Source: Candidatus Shapirobacteria bacterium (GTDB lineage: Bacteria; Patescibacteriota; Microgenomatia; UBA12405; BS750m-G30). Taken from it: a DNA stretch of 64,000 nucleotides. The stretch is taken from the NCBI GenBank assembly GCA_043817235.1, contig JBDRHA010000011.1, positions 107,467 through 171,466 on the forward strand, written 5' to 3'. The notes beneath the pieces are model-generated. The model did no database searches. It was not told the origin of the DNA and saw nothing but the letters and a program-made list of their open reading frames with translations. Made by a program: the position numbers and the translations under genes. Of the stretch, positions 47,798 to 57,817 are shown one piece after another (the stretch's first letter is position 1; each line of letters opens with the position of its first letter).

Positions 47798-49099
47798 ATG
47801 CTCACTCTTTTTAATTGCAGTCTTTGGGGAGATGAGGCTTTTTCTGCCTTGCTGGCTCAAAAATCTTTTTGGCCAATGATTCAGATTGTGGCCAAAGACA
47901 CTTCTCCGCCTCTTTTTTATATAATTTCCTGGATCTGGTTTAGAATCTTTGGCTCCTCGGAAATAGCGATTCGCTCTCTTTCTTTTATTTTTTACCTGGC
48001 TACCGCCTATGTTATTTATCTTATCGGAAAAACTCTTTACAGTAAAAAAGCAGGTGTTTGGGCAGCCTTGCTTTCTTTTTTTAACCCCTTTTTATTTTTA
48101 TACGCTTTTGAAGGTCGAATGTATTATTGCCTGCTTTTTTTTACCGTTCTTTCTTTTTACTTTCTTATTAAGAAAAATAAATTAGGCTATATTTTGGCCG
48201 CCACGGCGGCCCTTTATTCCCATCACTTTGCTATCTTTCCTCTGCTTTCCCAATTTATCTGGAAAGCCATTCAAATCAAAAAGATAAGCTTAAAAAACAT
48301 ATTCTTGTTAGTTAAGCCTTATTCACTTATTGCTTTTCTTTATCTGCCCTGGATTTATCCTCTTTATCTGCAAACCACTTTAGTTTCTACTGGATTCTGG
48401 CTGGGAAAACCAAAAACGAAAGACCTAATTAATATTTTTCTAAATTTTCTTACCGGGGAAAAAATTTATTTTTTTCAAAAATACCTTCCTCTTGCTGCCC
48501 TTTTGATTGTTGTTTTTAGACGATGGAGCAAGAAATATATTAAAAGTGACCTTCTTCTCTTCTTCTGGGCAGTTATCCCGCCAATTTTTACTTTTCTTGT
48601 TTCTCAAACTAAAGTATCCATCTTTTACGAACGCTATCTTCTTTATAGCATCGTCCCTATCATGATTCTCCTTGCTTCTAGGCAAAGAAAACTCTCTTTT
48701 CTGCCCTTGGGCATTATCTTGGTTATTTATTTATTGGCAAGTTCTTACCAATTTACCCACCCCTTTAAAAAGCCCTTCCGGTCTTTTTCTTTATGGATTA
48801 GAAACAATGTTCCCTCTGATGCCTATTTAATAAACTATAACGGCAGCGCTCATCATCTTTGGGAAACTAAATATTACGGAATTCAGTCGCCCATTTACTC
48901 GCCGGGTGGGCCATTGCCTTACTTTGTTGGCACAGCGCAAATGGAAGAGAATGACGTCGTCTACACACTGCCCCAGAAAGATACTATTGGGCTAATTAGC
49001 AGCGATTCTCCCGATAAAATTTCGGTCGCTGGTTTTGAGCCAGATAGCGACCACAAAGAAGGCCCACTTTATTTCATCTGGCTCAAAAAAAAGCCCTAA
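47798..49099 (+). CDS. GT-C fold membrane glycosyltransferase (ArnT/GT39/GT83-like)
   Basis: N-terminal GDEAFSALLAQ...DTSPPLFY motif typical of ArnT/PMT-like enzymes; multi-TM. Confidence 0.55.
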   Translation: MLTLFNCSLWGDEAFSALLAQKSFWPMIQIVAKDTSPPLFYIISWIWFRIFGSSEIAIRSLSFIFYLATAYVIYLIGKTLYSKKAGVWAALLSFFNPFLFLYAFEGRMYYCLLFFTVLSFYFLIKKNKLGYILAATAALYSHHFAIFPLLSQFIWKAIQIKKISLKNIFLLVKPYSLIAFLYLPWIYPLYLQTTLVSTGFWLGKPKTKDLINIFLNFLTGEKIYFFQKYLPLAALLIVVFRRWSKKYIKSDLLLFFWAVIPPIFTFLVSQTKVSIFYERYLLYSIVPIMILLASRQRKLSFLPLGIILVIYLLASSYQFTHPFKKPFRSFSLWIRNNVPSDAYLINYNGSAHHLWETKYYGIQSPIYSPGGPLPYFVGTAQMEENDVVYTLPQKDTIGLISSDSPDKISVAGFEPDSDHKEGPLYFIWLKKKP

Positions 49100-49102
49100 A
49101 TC

Positions 49103-50617
49103 ATGAAGAGGATAAAAGCAGCTGCCGAAGATTTATTTACGGATAAGATATATTTAGTTTTAATTTTTCTTCTTTTCTTTCTTTGGCTGCCTAGTTTTTT
49201 TGAACCAATATCTTATGGAGATGAGTGCATTTACTTGACATTAGGTCAAGCTTTTCGCCGAGGATTGGTATTTTATCGAGATATTCATGATAATAAACCT
49301 CCTATTTTATACTTAATAGCCGCTCTAAGCTTTGGCAAGCTTATCTATCTTCGGTTTTATAATTTCCTCTGGAATTTTATTCATCTGACCATTATTTACC
49401 TTTTAGCCAAAAGTTTAACTAAAAACAAACTAGTTATTTTACTGAGCTTGGTTGGATTTTTGCTTCTTTTTATTCTTTTTGAAGGCAGGGTCGCCAATGG
49501 TGAAACATTTATGATGATGCCTGTTACTTTAGCTGCTTACCTGCTTTTAAAAAAGAGGATTTTTGTAAACAAATATATTTTCGGCTTAATTGTCGGATTT
49601 CTTTTTTCTTTTGGATTTTTAGTCAAAATACCAGTGATTTTTGATTTCTTTGGAATCACTCTTGCTTATTTTTTCTTCCCGATAAAAAAGTTAAATACAA
49701 AAAATATTTTAAATATTCTTAAGAATAAAATCTTGTTGGGAGCCTTGGCAGGCTTTAGCTTGCCCATCTTGCTGAGCATCATTTATTATGGGAGCAAAGG
49801 TGCCTTTACGCCTTATGTTCGCTCAGCTCTTTTTCAAAATATTGGCTATCTTTCCTCTTGGCAGGGAAGCAGCTTAGGACTATTTTTCCGCTTTTTTCTC
49901 CTTATTTTCTTTTGCCTTGTTGTTTTCCTAAAAAGAAAAGAGATTCCCGCAAAAATGATGTTAATCTCAGTCTGGTTCTTGTTTTCCCTTTTTGGTGCGC
50001 TTCTCTCTGCTCGCCCCTATCCTCATTATTTAATTGAAGTTGTTCCCAGTTTAACACTACTATTGGTGGCAGGGCTTGGAAAAAAAAGCAATAACTATTT
50101 AGTTATTGCTCCTTTAGTCGCTATTATTCTCACTATCATTTCTTTTGGCTATTATCATTTCTGGTATTATCCCCAATCAAAATACTACAAAAATTTTTTT
50201 AATTTAGTTAGCAAAAAAATAAGCTCTGAAGAATATCTCTCTTTTTGGGGACAAAGAGTAAAAGATAATTATAGTCTGGCCCAATTTGTTCAAGAAACAG
50301 TCTTGCCACAGGAAAGAATATTTGTCTGGGGCGATGCGGCTTGCGTTTACGCCACCAGCAAACGCCTCCCTCCCGGCCGATTTACAGTAAACTACCATAT
50401 TTTTGACTTCAATGGCTACAAAGAGACACTGGAAGCAATCCAAAAAGAAAATCCAAAAATCATTATCAAGATGGAAAATGAAAGCCGCCAATGGCCGGAG
50501 CTTGATTTTCTCCTCCAAAGCAAATATGTTCCTCTCAAGCTTCCGGAAATAAAACTCCCGGAGATAAAAGACCAAATTTTTCTTCTTCAAGAGGAGCAGG
50601 CCGCTGTAAAATGGTAG
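49103..50617 (+). CDS. GT-C fold membrane glycosyltransferase, paralog
   Basis: YGDECIYLTLGQAF...DNKPPILYLIAA; multi-TM plus a soluble C-terminal domain. Confidence 0.5.
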   Translation: MKRIKAAAEDLFTDKIYLVLIFLLFFLWLPSFFEPISYGDECIYLTLGQAFRRGLVFYRDIHDNKPPILYLIAALSFGKLIYLRFYNFLWNFIHLTIIYLLAKSLTKNKLVILLSLVGFLLLFILFEGRVANGETFMMMPVTLAAYLLLKKRIFVNKYIFGLIVGFLFSFGFLVKIPVIFDFFGITLAYFFFPIKKLNTKNILNILKNKILLGALAGFSLPILLSIIYYGSKGAFTPYVRSALFQNIGYLSSWQGSSLGLFFRFFLLIFFCLVVFLKRKEIPAKMMLISVWFLFSLFGALLSARPYPHYLIEVVPSLTLLLVAGLGKKSNNYLVIAPLVAIILTIISFGYYHFWYYPQSKYYKNFFNLVSKKISSEEYLSFWGQRVKDNYSLAQFVQETVLPQERIFVWGDAACVYATSKRLPPGRFTVNYHIFDFNGYKETLEAIQKENPKIIIKMENESRQWPELDFLLQSKYVPLKLPEIKLPEIKDQIFLLQEEQAAVKW

Positions 50618-50630
50618 AATAAATCGTTCC

Positions 50631-52127
50631 ATGAGAATTATCGGGCCGCGCGCTTATCGTTTTTTGGAAATGATTCCAGGTTTGCTTTCCTGGAGCATTA
50701 TTTTATTCCCCATTTGGGGATCTTTTATTGTTCCTCGAGCTGTTGCCTATTTTACTATTGCCTTTATCGTTTATTGGTTTTACCAGTCTTTAAAAACAGC
50801 CATTTTGGGTTTTAAGGGCTACCACATTATTCAAAAAGCCACCAAAACAGACTGGCAAAAAAAATATAAGAAAGAGAAAAAAGACGGCTGGCTTGAATGG
50901 GATAAAATAAAGCATATTATCATTATTCCTAATTACAACGAAACTGCGGAGAAAATCAGCGACAGCTTGCAAGCACTGGCCAAACAAAAGAAAATTGATA
51001 AAAAAAAGCTGATTGTTGTTTTGGCCATGGAAGAAAGATTCGCTGGTGCCCAAAAAAAGGCCAGGGTTCTTCTTTCTCAATATAAAGGGAAATTCGGAGA
51101 ACTACTGGCTACCTATCACCCAGCCAGCATTGAAGGTGAGGTTATTGGCAAGGCTTCTAATGAATCTTGGGCAGCAAAACAAGTAAAAAAAGAGCTCATT
51201 GAAAAAAGAAACTGGGATATTAAATATCTGACTGTTACCAGCTGCGATTCTGATGCTCGTTTCAATCCTCTTTATTTTGCCTCTTTAACTTATCATTTTG
51301 CCAAAAATCCCCAGCGCCACTTAAGATTTTGGCAAGCCCCAATATTCTGGCACAACAATCCAAACAAAGTGCCTGCACCAATAAGGATTGTGGGCATTTT
51401 GGGCAATGTTTCTCATATCGCTGATATCCAACAGCCGGATGGAATATTTTTTAACTATTCAGCCTACTCTCTTTCTTTGGCCCTTTTAGATGACATAGGC
51501 TACTGGGACACTGATATCATTCCTGAAGATTGGCATATTTTCCTGCAAGCCTTTTTTGCTAAACAGGGCCAGGTAACCGTGGAGCCAATGTTTATACCAA
51601 CCAGCATTGATGCTCCGGAAGGAAAAACTTTTTTTGAAGCCTTAAAAAATCGCTACTTGCAATGCCAGCGCCATGCTTGGGGAGCAACAGATATTCCCTA
51701 TGCCATTGCTCAATCGTTTGCCCATCCGGAAATTCCTTTTGCCTTAAGATTTTTCAGAGTTTATAAAATTATTAAAACTCACCTGGTCTGGTCAACCAAC
51801 TGGTTCATTCTTACCCTTGGGGCATCCCTGCCTGCCTTTCTTAACCCCAAGTTTTTTCAAACATCGCTGGGCTATAATCTTCCCCGCTTTTCCCAAACTG
51901 TATTGACCATTTGCTTGCTCTTTTTATTCATCGTTATTAGCTTAGATATGAGACTGCGGCCAAAAGAGGTTAAAATAAGAGGAATTAAGGGCTGGGCCAT
52001 TCATTGGGGCCAATGGATTCTTATGCCTTTGGCTACTTTATTTATGGCCGTAATACCAGGATTACACGCCCAAACTAAATTAATGCGCGGCAAAAGACTA
52101 GAATATTTTGTTACTAAAAAATATTAG
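50631..52127 (+). CDS. membrane-bound family 2 glycosyltransferase (processive, CesA-like)
   Basis: IIIPNYNE, TVTSCDSDARF, DTDIIPEDWH, LQCQRHAWG (QxxRW-like); flanking TM segments. Confidence 0.6.
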   Translation: MRIIGPRAYRFLEMIPGLLSWSIILFPIWGSFIVPRAVAYFTIAFIVYWFYQSLKTAILGFKGYHIIQKATKTDWQKKYKKEKKDGWLEWDKIKHIIIIPNYNETAEKISDSLQALAKQKKIDKKKLIVVLAMEERFAGAQKKARVLLSQYKGKFGELLATYHPASIEGEVIGKASNESWAAKQVKKELIEKRNWDIKYLTVTSCDSDARFNPLYFASLTYHFAKNPQRHLRFWQAPIFWHNNPNKVPAPIRIVGILGNVSHIADIQQPDGIFFNYSAYSLSLALLDDIGYWDTDIIPEDWHIFLQAFFAKQGQVTVEPMFIPTSIDAPEGKTFFEALKNRYLQCQRHAWGATDIPYAIAQSFAHPEIPFALRFFRVYKIIKTHLVWSTNWFILTLGASLPAFLNPKFFQTSLGYNLPRFSQTVLTICLLFLFIVISLDMRLRPKEVKIRGIKGWAIHWGQWILMPLATLFMAVIPGLHAQTKLMRGKRLEYFVTKKY

Positions 52128-52508
52128 ATGACTGAACCAAGATCATTAACTAAAATTATCATTGGCTTTGGTAAAATCTGGCTAAAGCCAAAAAGAAGCA
52201 AAGGAATTCGTATAATTCTTATTTTAATCGCCCTGCAAATACTAACTATCGTTTATTTTTTTACTAAGCTCCCCCCCCAAATACCTCTTTATTTTTCCCT
52301 TCCCTGGGGAGAATCTCAGCTTACTTCTTCCTTTTCACTTTTGCTCCTTCCGCTTTTTTCTTTAATCGTCCTGTTTTTCAATCTTTTTCTGGCTAGCTCT
52401 TTAATAGAAAACAGCGACTTTCTCGCTGATTTTTTAATCATTGGAAGCCTTATTTTCTCTCTTTTCTCCTTAATGGCTATTTTAGAGTCCATTAATCTCG
52501 CCTTATGA
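52128..52508 (+). CDS. small membrane protein
   Basis: 126 aa, 3-4 TM; translationally coupled between the GT2 and GT4 genes. Confidence 0.3.
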   Translation: MTEPRSLTKIIIGFGKIWLKPKRSKGIRIILILIALQILTIVYFFTKLPPQIPLYFSLPWGESQLTSSFSLLLLPLFSLIVLFFNLFLASSLIENSDFLADFLIIGSLIFSLFSLMAILESINLAL

Positions 52509-53551
52509 CCAATCTGCTTACCCAGCCGCTAATCTTATCTTTTCTTATTTCTCTTTTGGCCACTCCTCTAGTAATTAAAATATTCAAAAAAAATAATTGG
52601 CTGGATGATCCGAAAAAAAATAAACATCCTAAGGTAATCCATCAAAAACCATTGCCAAGAGGCGGAGGAATAAGCGTTTTTCTGGCTGTTTTGCTTACAG
52701 CTACTTTTTTTCTTCCTTTAGACAAACATCTTGCAGCTATTTTGCTGGCGGCCCTTTTAACTACCATCGTCGGAGTAATTGACGATCTTAAAGACCTTAG
52801 CCCTTACTGGCGCTTCCTTACTAATTTATTAGCCGCTCTAATAATAATTTTAGGCGGAATCGGAATTAGTTATATTACCAACCCCTTTGATACTGTTTTT
52901 CACCTAGACCAGTTTTACATAGGATCAGTGCCCATACTAAAAATCGGCCTTACTCTTTTTTGGCTAGTCTGGTGCATGAATATTGTCGGCTGGTCCGGCG
53001 GGGTAGATGGCCAACTGCCCGGTTTTGTAAGCATTAGCGCAGTTATTATTGGCTTGCTTTCCCTAAGATTTTCTCAAGATATTACTCAATGGCCCGTGAT
53101 CGCTCTTTCTGGAACTGTAGCCGGAAGTTATTTAGGCTTGCTTGTTTTTAACGCTTATCCCCAGAAAATTATCCCGGGATATTCGGGAAAGAGCTTAGCT
53201 GGGCTAATGCTGGGAACTTTAGCTATTCTGTCAGGCGCTAAACTTAATACGGCCATTCTTGTTCTGGCCCTTCCGATGATTGACGGCGGATTTATTATTA
53301 TCCGCCGAATCTTAAAGAAAAAATCCCCGGTTTGGGGGGATGCTCAGCATCTTCACCATCTGCTCCTAAAAATCGGCGTTCCCAAGCCAAGAATTGCTCT
53401 TTTCTACTGGATCTTCTCCCTAATTTTAGGATTAATAGTTCTGAATCTTAATAGCAAACAAAAGCTCTATTTTTTAGCCATGGCTATTATTGCTATTGGC
53501 GCAGGAGTTCTGGTATTAGAAGGATTAATCAAGAAAAAAAGGCTAGGGTAA
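52505..53551 (+). CDS. GT4-family polyprenyl-phosphate sugar-1-phosphate transferase (MraY/WecA-like)
   Basis: 10-11 TM segments, IDDLKDL, NAYPQKIIPGYSGKS motifs. Confidence 0.6.
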   Translation: MTNLLTQPLILSFLISLLATPLVIKIFKKNNWLDDPKKNKHPKVIHQKPLPRGGGISVFLAVLLTATFFLPLDKHLAAILLAALLTTIVGVIDDLKDLSPYWRFLTNLLAALIIILGGIGISYITNPFDTVFHLDQFYIGSVPILKIGLTLFWLVWCMNIVGWSGGVDGQLPGFVSISAVIIGLLSLRFSQDITQWPVIALSGTVAGSYLGLLVFNAYPQKIIPGYSGKSLAGLMLGTLAILSGAKLNTAILVLALPMIDGGFIIIRRILKKKSPVWGDAQHLHHLLLKIGVPKPRIALFYWIFSLILGLIVLNLNSKQKLYFLAMAIIAIGAGVLVLEGLIKKKRLG

Positions 53552-54361
53552 TTCTGTTTTCGTTGCATACTGACCAGAAATCCAACCCTCTTCTCCTTGC
53601 TCATATTCAATTTTGTACCAGCCATTGTCTTCGTCCAAAATTTCATATTCATCATCAGGGTCAACTCTCCCCACTTCTTTTCCGACAGTAGAAGCTTTAT
53701 CTCTAACTCTTAGCCAGCCGGTGGGCGTTTCATTAATAACAATTTTAGGAACGACAATCATTTCCTCTTCTTGCTCTTGCTGGATTTCGGAAACCTCTCC
53801 GCTTGCAGCTAGCTTTGCTTCTACAACCAATCGGTAATCAGATAGGGTTTTGACTATTATTTCTTCACTTTTATAGTCCGGATGAGTTAAGAGCAATTTA
53901 TGCTCACCGCTACCAATATCATCTAAATTAAGCGGGGCAAAACCCCGCATCTGTCCGTCAACGGAAACAGCCACACCATTGGGAATAGAAGTCAATACCA
54001 AGCCTGCCTTTTTTTTATCGCCGGTTCTTTCCCAATAAAGTATTTGGCTAAATTCATCATCAGAGAAAACAGCAAATTGTTTGCGAATCACCACGCGGGT
54101 ATTGGGGGTAATAGTTAACCTTCTTTCCCAAGCAATAGCCCCATCAACACCCTGGGGCTCCAAGCGCAGATCCAAGTCACCGGAAACAACCGCATCATCT
54201 TTGTAGGGCGCTTCTCCAACTAAATCTCCATTTATAAATACTTTTGCCCCAGGTATGGCATTAATTTCTATTGCTCCAGTTTTCTTGGAACCAAAGCGAA
54301 TAACTAAAAATACACCTAGGGAAATTAACAGCGCCGGAAGAACAATTCGTAATATTTTCAT
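53543..54361 (-). CDS. secreted PEGA-domain plus SH3b-domain protein
   Basis: N-terminal TM/signal, PEGA-like GAKVFINGDLVGEAPY, C-terminal SH3b-like ...WLRVRDKASTVGKEVGRV...GWYKIEY...GWISGQY. Confidence 0.5.
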   Translation of the reverse strand: MKILRIVLPALLISLGVFLVIRFGSKKTGAIEINAIPGAKVFINGDLVGEAPYKDDAVVSGDLDLRLEPQGVDGAIAWERRLTITPNTRVVIRKQFAVFSDDEFSQILYWERTGDKKKAGLVLTSIPNGVAVSVDGQMRGFAPLNLDDIGSGEHKLLLTHPDYKSEEIIVKTLSDYRLVVEAKLAASGEVSEIQQEQEEEMIVVPKIVINETPTGWLRVRDKASTVGKEVGRVDPDDEYEILDEDNGWYKIEYEQGEEGWISGQYATKTELP

Positions 54362-54440
54362 TTTTAAAGTTTAGCAAACAGCTTTAGGCTTGGCAAGACC
54401 AAGCTGTTTTTGATAAAATTAAGAAGTCTTAGATTTTCGC

Positions 54441-54514
54441 GGGCCGTTAGCTCAGTTGGCTAGAGCACTGTCCTGATAAGACAGGGGTCTCAGGTTCGAG
54501 TCCTGAACGGCCCA
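54441..54514 (+). tRNA. tRNA-Ile (anticodon GAT)
   Basis: 74 nt; acceptor stem GGGCCGT/ACGGCCC, D-arm GCTCAGTTGGCTAGAGC, anticodon loop CTGATAA, T-arm TCAGGTTCGAGTCCTGA; no encoded CCA. Confidence 0.85.
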
Positions 54515-54551
54515 CAATTCTAGATATAGTTTCTGGAGCGGGTTCCCTCCT

Positions 54552-54605
54552 GGCCGCGCCCGCACACGCAAGCGATTTTCATTTAATACAAGATTAAGTT
54601 TCTCC
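54552..54605. repeat. modular intergenic element, copy E (module 3 only)
   Basis: GGCCGCGCCCGCACACGCAAGCGATTTTCATTTAATACAAGATTAAGTTTC is shared with copies at 56490-56560 and 57990-58040; followed by an extended -10 TGGTAGAAT at 54622-54630. Confidence 0.75.
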
Positions 54606-54636
54606 TTTAAGTAAGTGATTTTGGTAGAATTAATCA

Positions 54637-55791
54637 ATGAAAATCCGTAGCTTTACTAAACTATTTTACATTTTTCAATTTTTCACTGATTTTGTTTTCA
54701 TATACGCTGTTGAAAAGTTATTTATGCTAAATAGAGGCCTTAATCTTTCTCAAATCGGTATCTTGCTTTTTCTCTGGTCAGCTATGACTTTATTACTAGA
54801 AGTGCCTAGCGGCGCAATTGCTGATCGTTGGAGCCGAAGAAAAATGCTAATTTTGTCAGGCATCTCTTACTCCCTATGTTACTTTCTTTGGATTTTTAGC
54901 CACTCTTTTTGGCTCTTTTTATTTGGCTTTTTGCTAAGAACCATTGGCAGTACTTTTTCTTCCGGAACCCTTCAGGCTTATGTTTATGATTTTTTAAAAA
55001 CAAAAAAAGCAGAAAACCACTTTGAAATAATCTGGGGAAAAGGTAACGCTCTAAGGACTTTGGGCATTGGAATTGCAGTTGCTCTGGGTGGTTTTATTAG
55101 TGAAATTTCTTTTACGATAACCGTCTTTCTTTCTGCCTTGCCAGTGTTAACAACTGCCATTATTGCTTTTATTTGGCCAGAAGTGGAAATAGCTCAATCA
55201 ACCCAAGAAACCAAGTACTGGCAGTTTGTCAAAAACTCATTTAAAACCATTAAAGAGAGCAAGGTACTTCTTAGACTAATGATTTATCTAGCCATTGTCC
55301 TAGCTTGGTTAGCTAGTTTAGAAGAATTTAATGATATTTATTTAAATTCCCTAGGATTTTCAAGATCAATAATTGGTCTTATTTTTGCTCTAGCTGCTGC
55401 AGGTCAAGCTCTAGCCAGCAGCCTAGCTCATAAGTTTAAAAAACACTCTTGGCTAATAATTAATTTGTCAGTAATAATCACTGCCCTGATTATGTTCACA
55501 GCCGCAATTATCAAACACCCAATAATGGCAATAGGAATTTTGTTTCTAGGAGTAATGATGGAATTTGTTTCCGTTATTAAAGAAAGTATTGTCCAAAAAG
55601 AAACCAAATCTTACCAGCGGGCCACTGTTTCTTCAATGAGTGGTTTAATCATGAATCTTATTCCCCACCAACTTGCTTTTGGCTTTATTGCTAATTACTA
55701 TAGCTTTCAAGTCGGCTATGGTTTTTTTGGAATATTCGTCTTGTTATACTTTTTAATTACTCTTTTTGTCCCCAATAATAAAAACCGCTAA
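54637..55791 (+). CDS. MFS transporter
   Basis: 12 TM; GAIADRWSRRKML (MFS motif A). Confidence 0.7.
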   Translation: MKIRSFTKLFYIFQFFTDFVFIYAVEKLFMLNRGLNLSQIGILLFLWSAMTLLLEVPSGAIADRWSRRKMLILSGISYSLCYFLWIFSHSFWLFLFGFLLRTIGSTFSSGTLQAYVYDFLKTKKAENHFEIIWGKGNALRTLGIGIAVALGGFISEISFTITVFLSALPVLTTAIIAFIWPEVEIAQSTQETKYWQFVKNSFKTIKESKVLLRLMIYLAIVLAWLASLEEFNDIYLNSLGFSRSIIGLIFALAAAGQALASSLAHKFKKHSWLIINLSVIITALIMFTAAIIKHPIMAIGILFLGVMMEFVSVIKESIVQKETKSYQRATVSSMSGLIMNLIPHQLAFGFIANYYSFQVGYGFFGIFVLLYFLITLFVPNNKNR

Positions 55792-56360
55792 TGAATAGCC
55801 TAATTTCAAGAAAACTAAAAATAATCATAATTGATGCCCCTAGCTTAACAAAAAAACAGATAAAAGATAAAAAAGGGCTGCAAGCGCTTTGTTTTGGCAG
55901 CCTTGACCCTCAAGAAATAGAAGAAGATTTTTGCCATCCAGAAACTGCCCATGTTTTAGCTTACCTTAATAAACAACTGTCAGGTTGGGCAGGAATTCAC
56001 CTTGAAAACACAATTTACAACAACAAGAAAATTAAACTAGGCGGCTTTGGTATTTGCACCCATCCAAAACATCGGCAAAAAGGAATCGCCAGCAAAGTAT
56101 CTCAAAAAGCAATGGGGTATTTAAAACAACAAAAGTGTGATTTGGCATTTTTATCGATTGATCCTTCCAAAAAAGGTCCAAAAGAACTTCACCAAAAAAC
56201 CGGATTTGTTAGTCTGCCCAATAATTTTTCTTGGATAAGTAGATCAGGAAAAAGAAAACTAGGAAAGGAAGGAATGATTGCTCCCCTTTCTTCTCCAAAA
56301 ATATTTAAGCAAATACTCAATGGAAAAGAAATTCTCCATATAGCCAAAGGATATTGGTAG
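55791..56360 (+). CDS. GNAT-family N-acetyltransferase
   Basis: ...GGFGICTHPKHRQKGIASKV... GNAT motif A-like; start codon overlaps the MFS stop. Confidence 0.55.
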   Translation: MNSLISRKLKIIIIDAPSLTKKQIKDKKGLQALCFGSLDPQEIEEDFCHPETAHVLAYLNKQLSGWAGIHLENTIYNNKKIKLGGFGICTHPKHRQKGIASKVSQKAMGYLKQQKCDLAFLSIDPSKKGPKELHQKTGFVSLPNNFSWISRSGKRKLGKEGMIAPLSSPKIFKQILNGKEILHIAKGYW

Positions 56361-56369
56361 TTAACCCTA

Positions 56370-56560
56370 CTCGCCCAAGGGGCGAGAAAATCGCGCGCCC
56401 TAAAAAAGCGAGGGCCAAGGGCCCGAGCTTAACCGTTGTTCGGGGAGGTTCGGATTTGTTGGTAAAGATCCACCACTGAAGAAATCACAAGGGGATCAGG
56501 AAAATGCTGGGCCGCGCCACCCTTCGTGACTTTCAATTAATACAAAATTAAGTTTCTTTT
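56370..56560. repeat. modular intergenic element, copy A (modules 1+2+3)
   Basis: CTCGCCCAAGGGGCGAG hairpin, AAAATCGCGCGCC, ...AAAAAAGCGAGGGCC..., TTAACCGTTGTTCGGGGAGGTTCGGATTTGTTGGTAAAGATCCACCA, then GGCCGCGCC...TTCAATTAATACAA..TTAAGTTTC. Confidence 0.8.
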
Positions 56561-56741
56561 CTTCAGGTAAATTCTGGTAAAATCAAGAATAATTTTAAAT
56601 TACTTAAGAGCTGGCTTTGCTGTCTATTTTCTCGGCTTATTCGCCTTCCTCATAAGCCACAAAGGTGCTTTTGGCGATTTATCCTTCTACTATCTTTCTT
56701 ACTTTATCCAGCTCTTTCTTCTTTTAGAAGTCGCTAGGGTA

Positions 56742-57161
56742 GTGACTTACAAACTGAAGCTAAAACTAAAATTCAAAGGTGTGTATTTACTTTTACTTTT
56801 CTACACCATTATTAATTCTTTAGTTTTAGCCTTTTTCCCTAATTTAAGAAACTTAATTTTCAATCGCTTCGGCCATCTGCTTTCCGGGATTATTTTTTCA
56901 ATACTTGCCCACAATATTCTTAAAGCCACCAAAACAACAAGGCAACTCTCAAAACCCCTGTTTTATTTCTTTGTTTTCTGCTTTGCCAGCACCGCCGGAG
57001 TTTTTAACGAAATTATTGAGTTAATTCTAGATCTTACTGCCAGGAGCCAAAGACTCGGGCCCACTCCCGATACAGCTACTGATTTACTAATGAATACCCT
57101 TGGAATCAGTGCTTATCTTCTCTTTAAAAAAAACAATGACCAAAAAAGAAAAACTAATTGA
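56742..57161 (+). CDS. hypothetical membrane protein (start uncertain; frame is open back to 56571)
   Basis: GTG start in the ORF track; the in-frame upstream stretch is hydrophobic (AGFAVYFLGLFAFLI), so the gene may be longer. Confidence 0.35.
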   Translation: MTYKLKLKLKFKGVYLLLLFYTIINSLVLAFFPNLRNLIFNRFGHLLSGIIFSILAHNILKATKTTRQLSKPLFYFFVFCFASTAGVFNEIIELILDLTARSQRLGPTPDTATDLLMNTLGISAYLLFKKNNDQKRKTN

Positions 57162-57789
57162 GCTAGCTAAAGTCCTGCTGGTAATTATAATTCTATCAGT
57201 TGCCTTGCGCTACTTAATCCCTACTTTAACCTCGGAGGAGTTTAAGCTGTTTGTGCAAAAACTAGGACCATTAGGCCCTTTAGTAATCATTATCTACACT
57301 ACCCTTTCTCATGTCTTGGCTCCTTTAGCAGGAACGCCAGGAATTTTACTGAGCGTGGCAGTATTTGGAATATTTAAAACGATGTTTTACATCTACCTTG
57401 GAAGCATGATTAGCGCTGCTCTCAATTTCTATATCAGTCGCAAATTTGGAAGAGGCTGGGTAACCAGATTAGTAGGAAAAAGAACCATGAAGGAAGTTGA
57501 TGATTTTGTTAAAGCTTCAGGAGAAAAAGTTTTAATTTTAAGTCGAATCTTTGGCTTTTCCCTTTTTGAAATTATTTCCTACGCTGCCGGTCTAACTAAT
57601 ATTAATTTCAAAAGATATCTTATGATCACCCTATTATTTACCTTAATTCCCAATCTCTTTTTTACTTACCTCTTTAGAAACATGGACTTTTCCTCAAATC
57701 TAAATCTAGTTATCTGGCTAGCAACTCTCATTATCACTGGACTAATCTTTTCCTTTTTCATTAAAAAAGCAATTAACAAAAAGAAGTAG
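57100..57789 (+). CDS. DedA / TVP38-TMEM64 family membrane protein
   Basis: ...LILSRIFGFSLFEIISYAAGLTNINFKRYL... characteristic of the SNARE-associated/DedA family. Confidence 0.6.
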   Translation: MESVLIFSLKKTMTKKEKLIELAKVLLVIIILSVALRYLIPTLTSEEFKLFVQKLGPLGPLVIIIYTTLSHVLAPLAGTPGILLSVAVFGIFKTMFYIYLGSMISAALNFYISRKFGRGWVTRLVGKRTMKEVDDFVKASGEKVLILSRIFGFSLFEIISYAAGLTNINFKRYLMITLLFTLIPNLFFTYLFRNMDFSSNLNLVIWLATLIITGLIFSFFIKKAINKKK

Positions 57790-57817
57790 GTCTTTTTGTT
57801 TTTAATAAAAACCAAAA

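Noticed and set aside
54452-54637. 61-aa ORF on the minus strand
   Set aside because: Lies on top of the tRNA-Ile gene and the conserved module-3 element.
56440-56485. tRNA-like or tmRNA 3' end interpretation of GGGGAGGTTCGGATTTGTTGGTAAAGATCCACCA
   Set aside because: GGTTCGGATT superficially resembles a T-loop, but no T-stem, acceptor stem or cloverleaf can be drawn.
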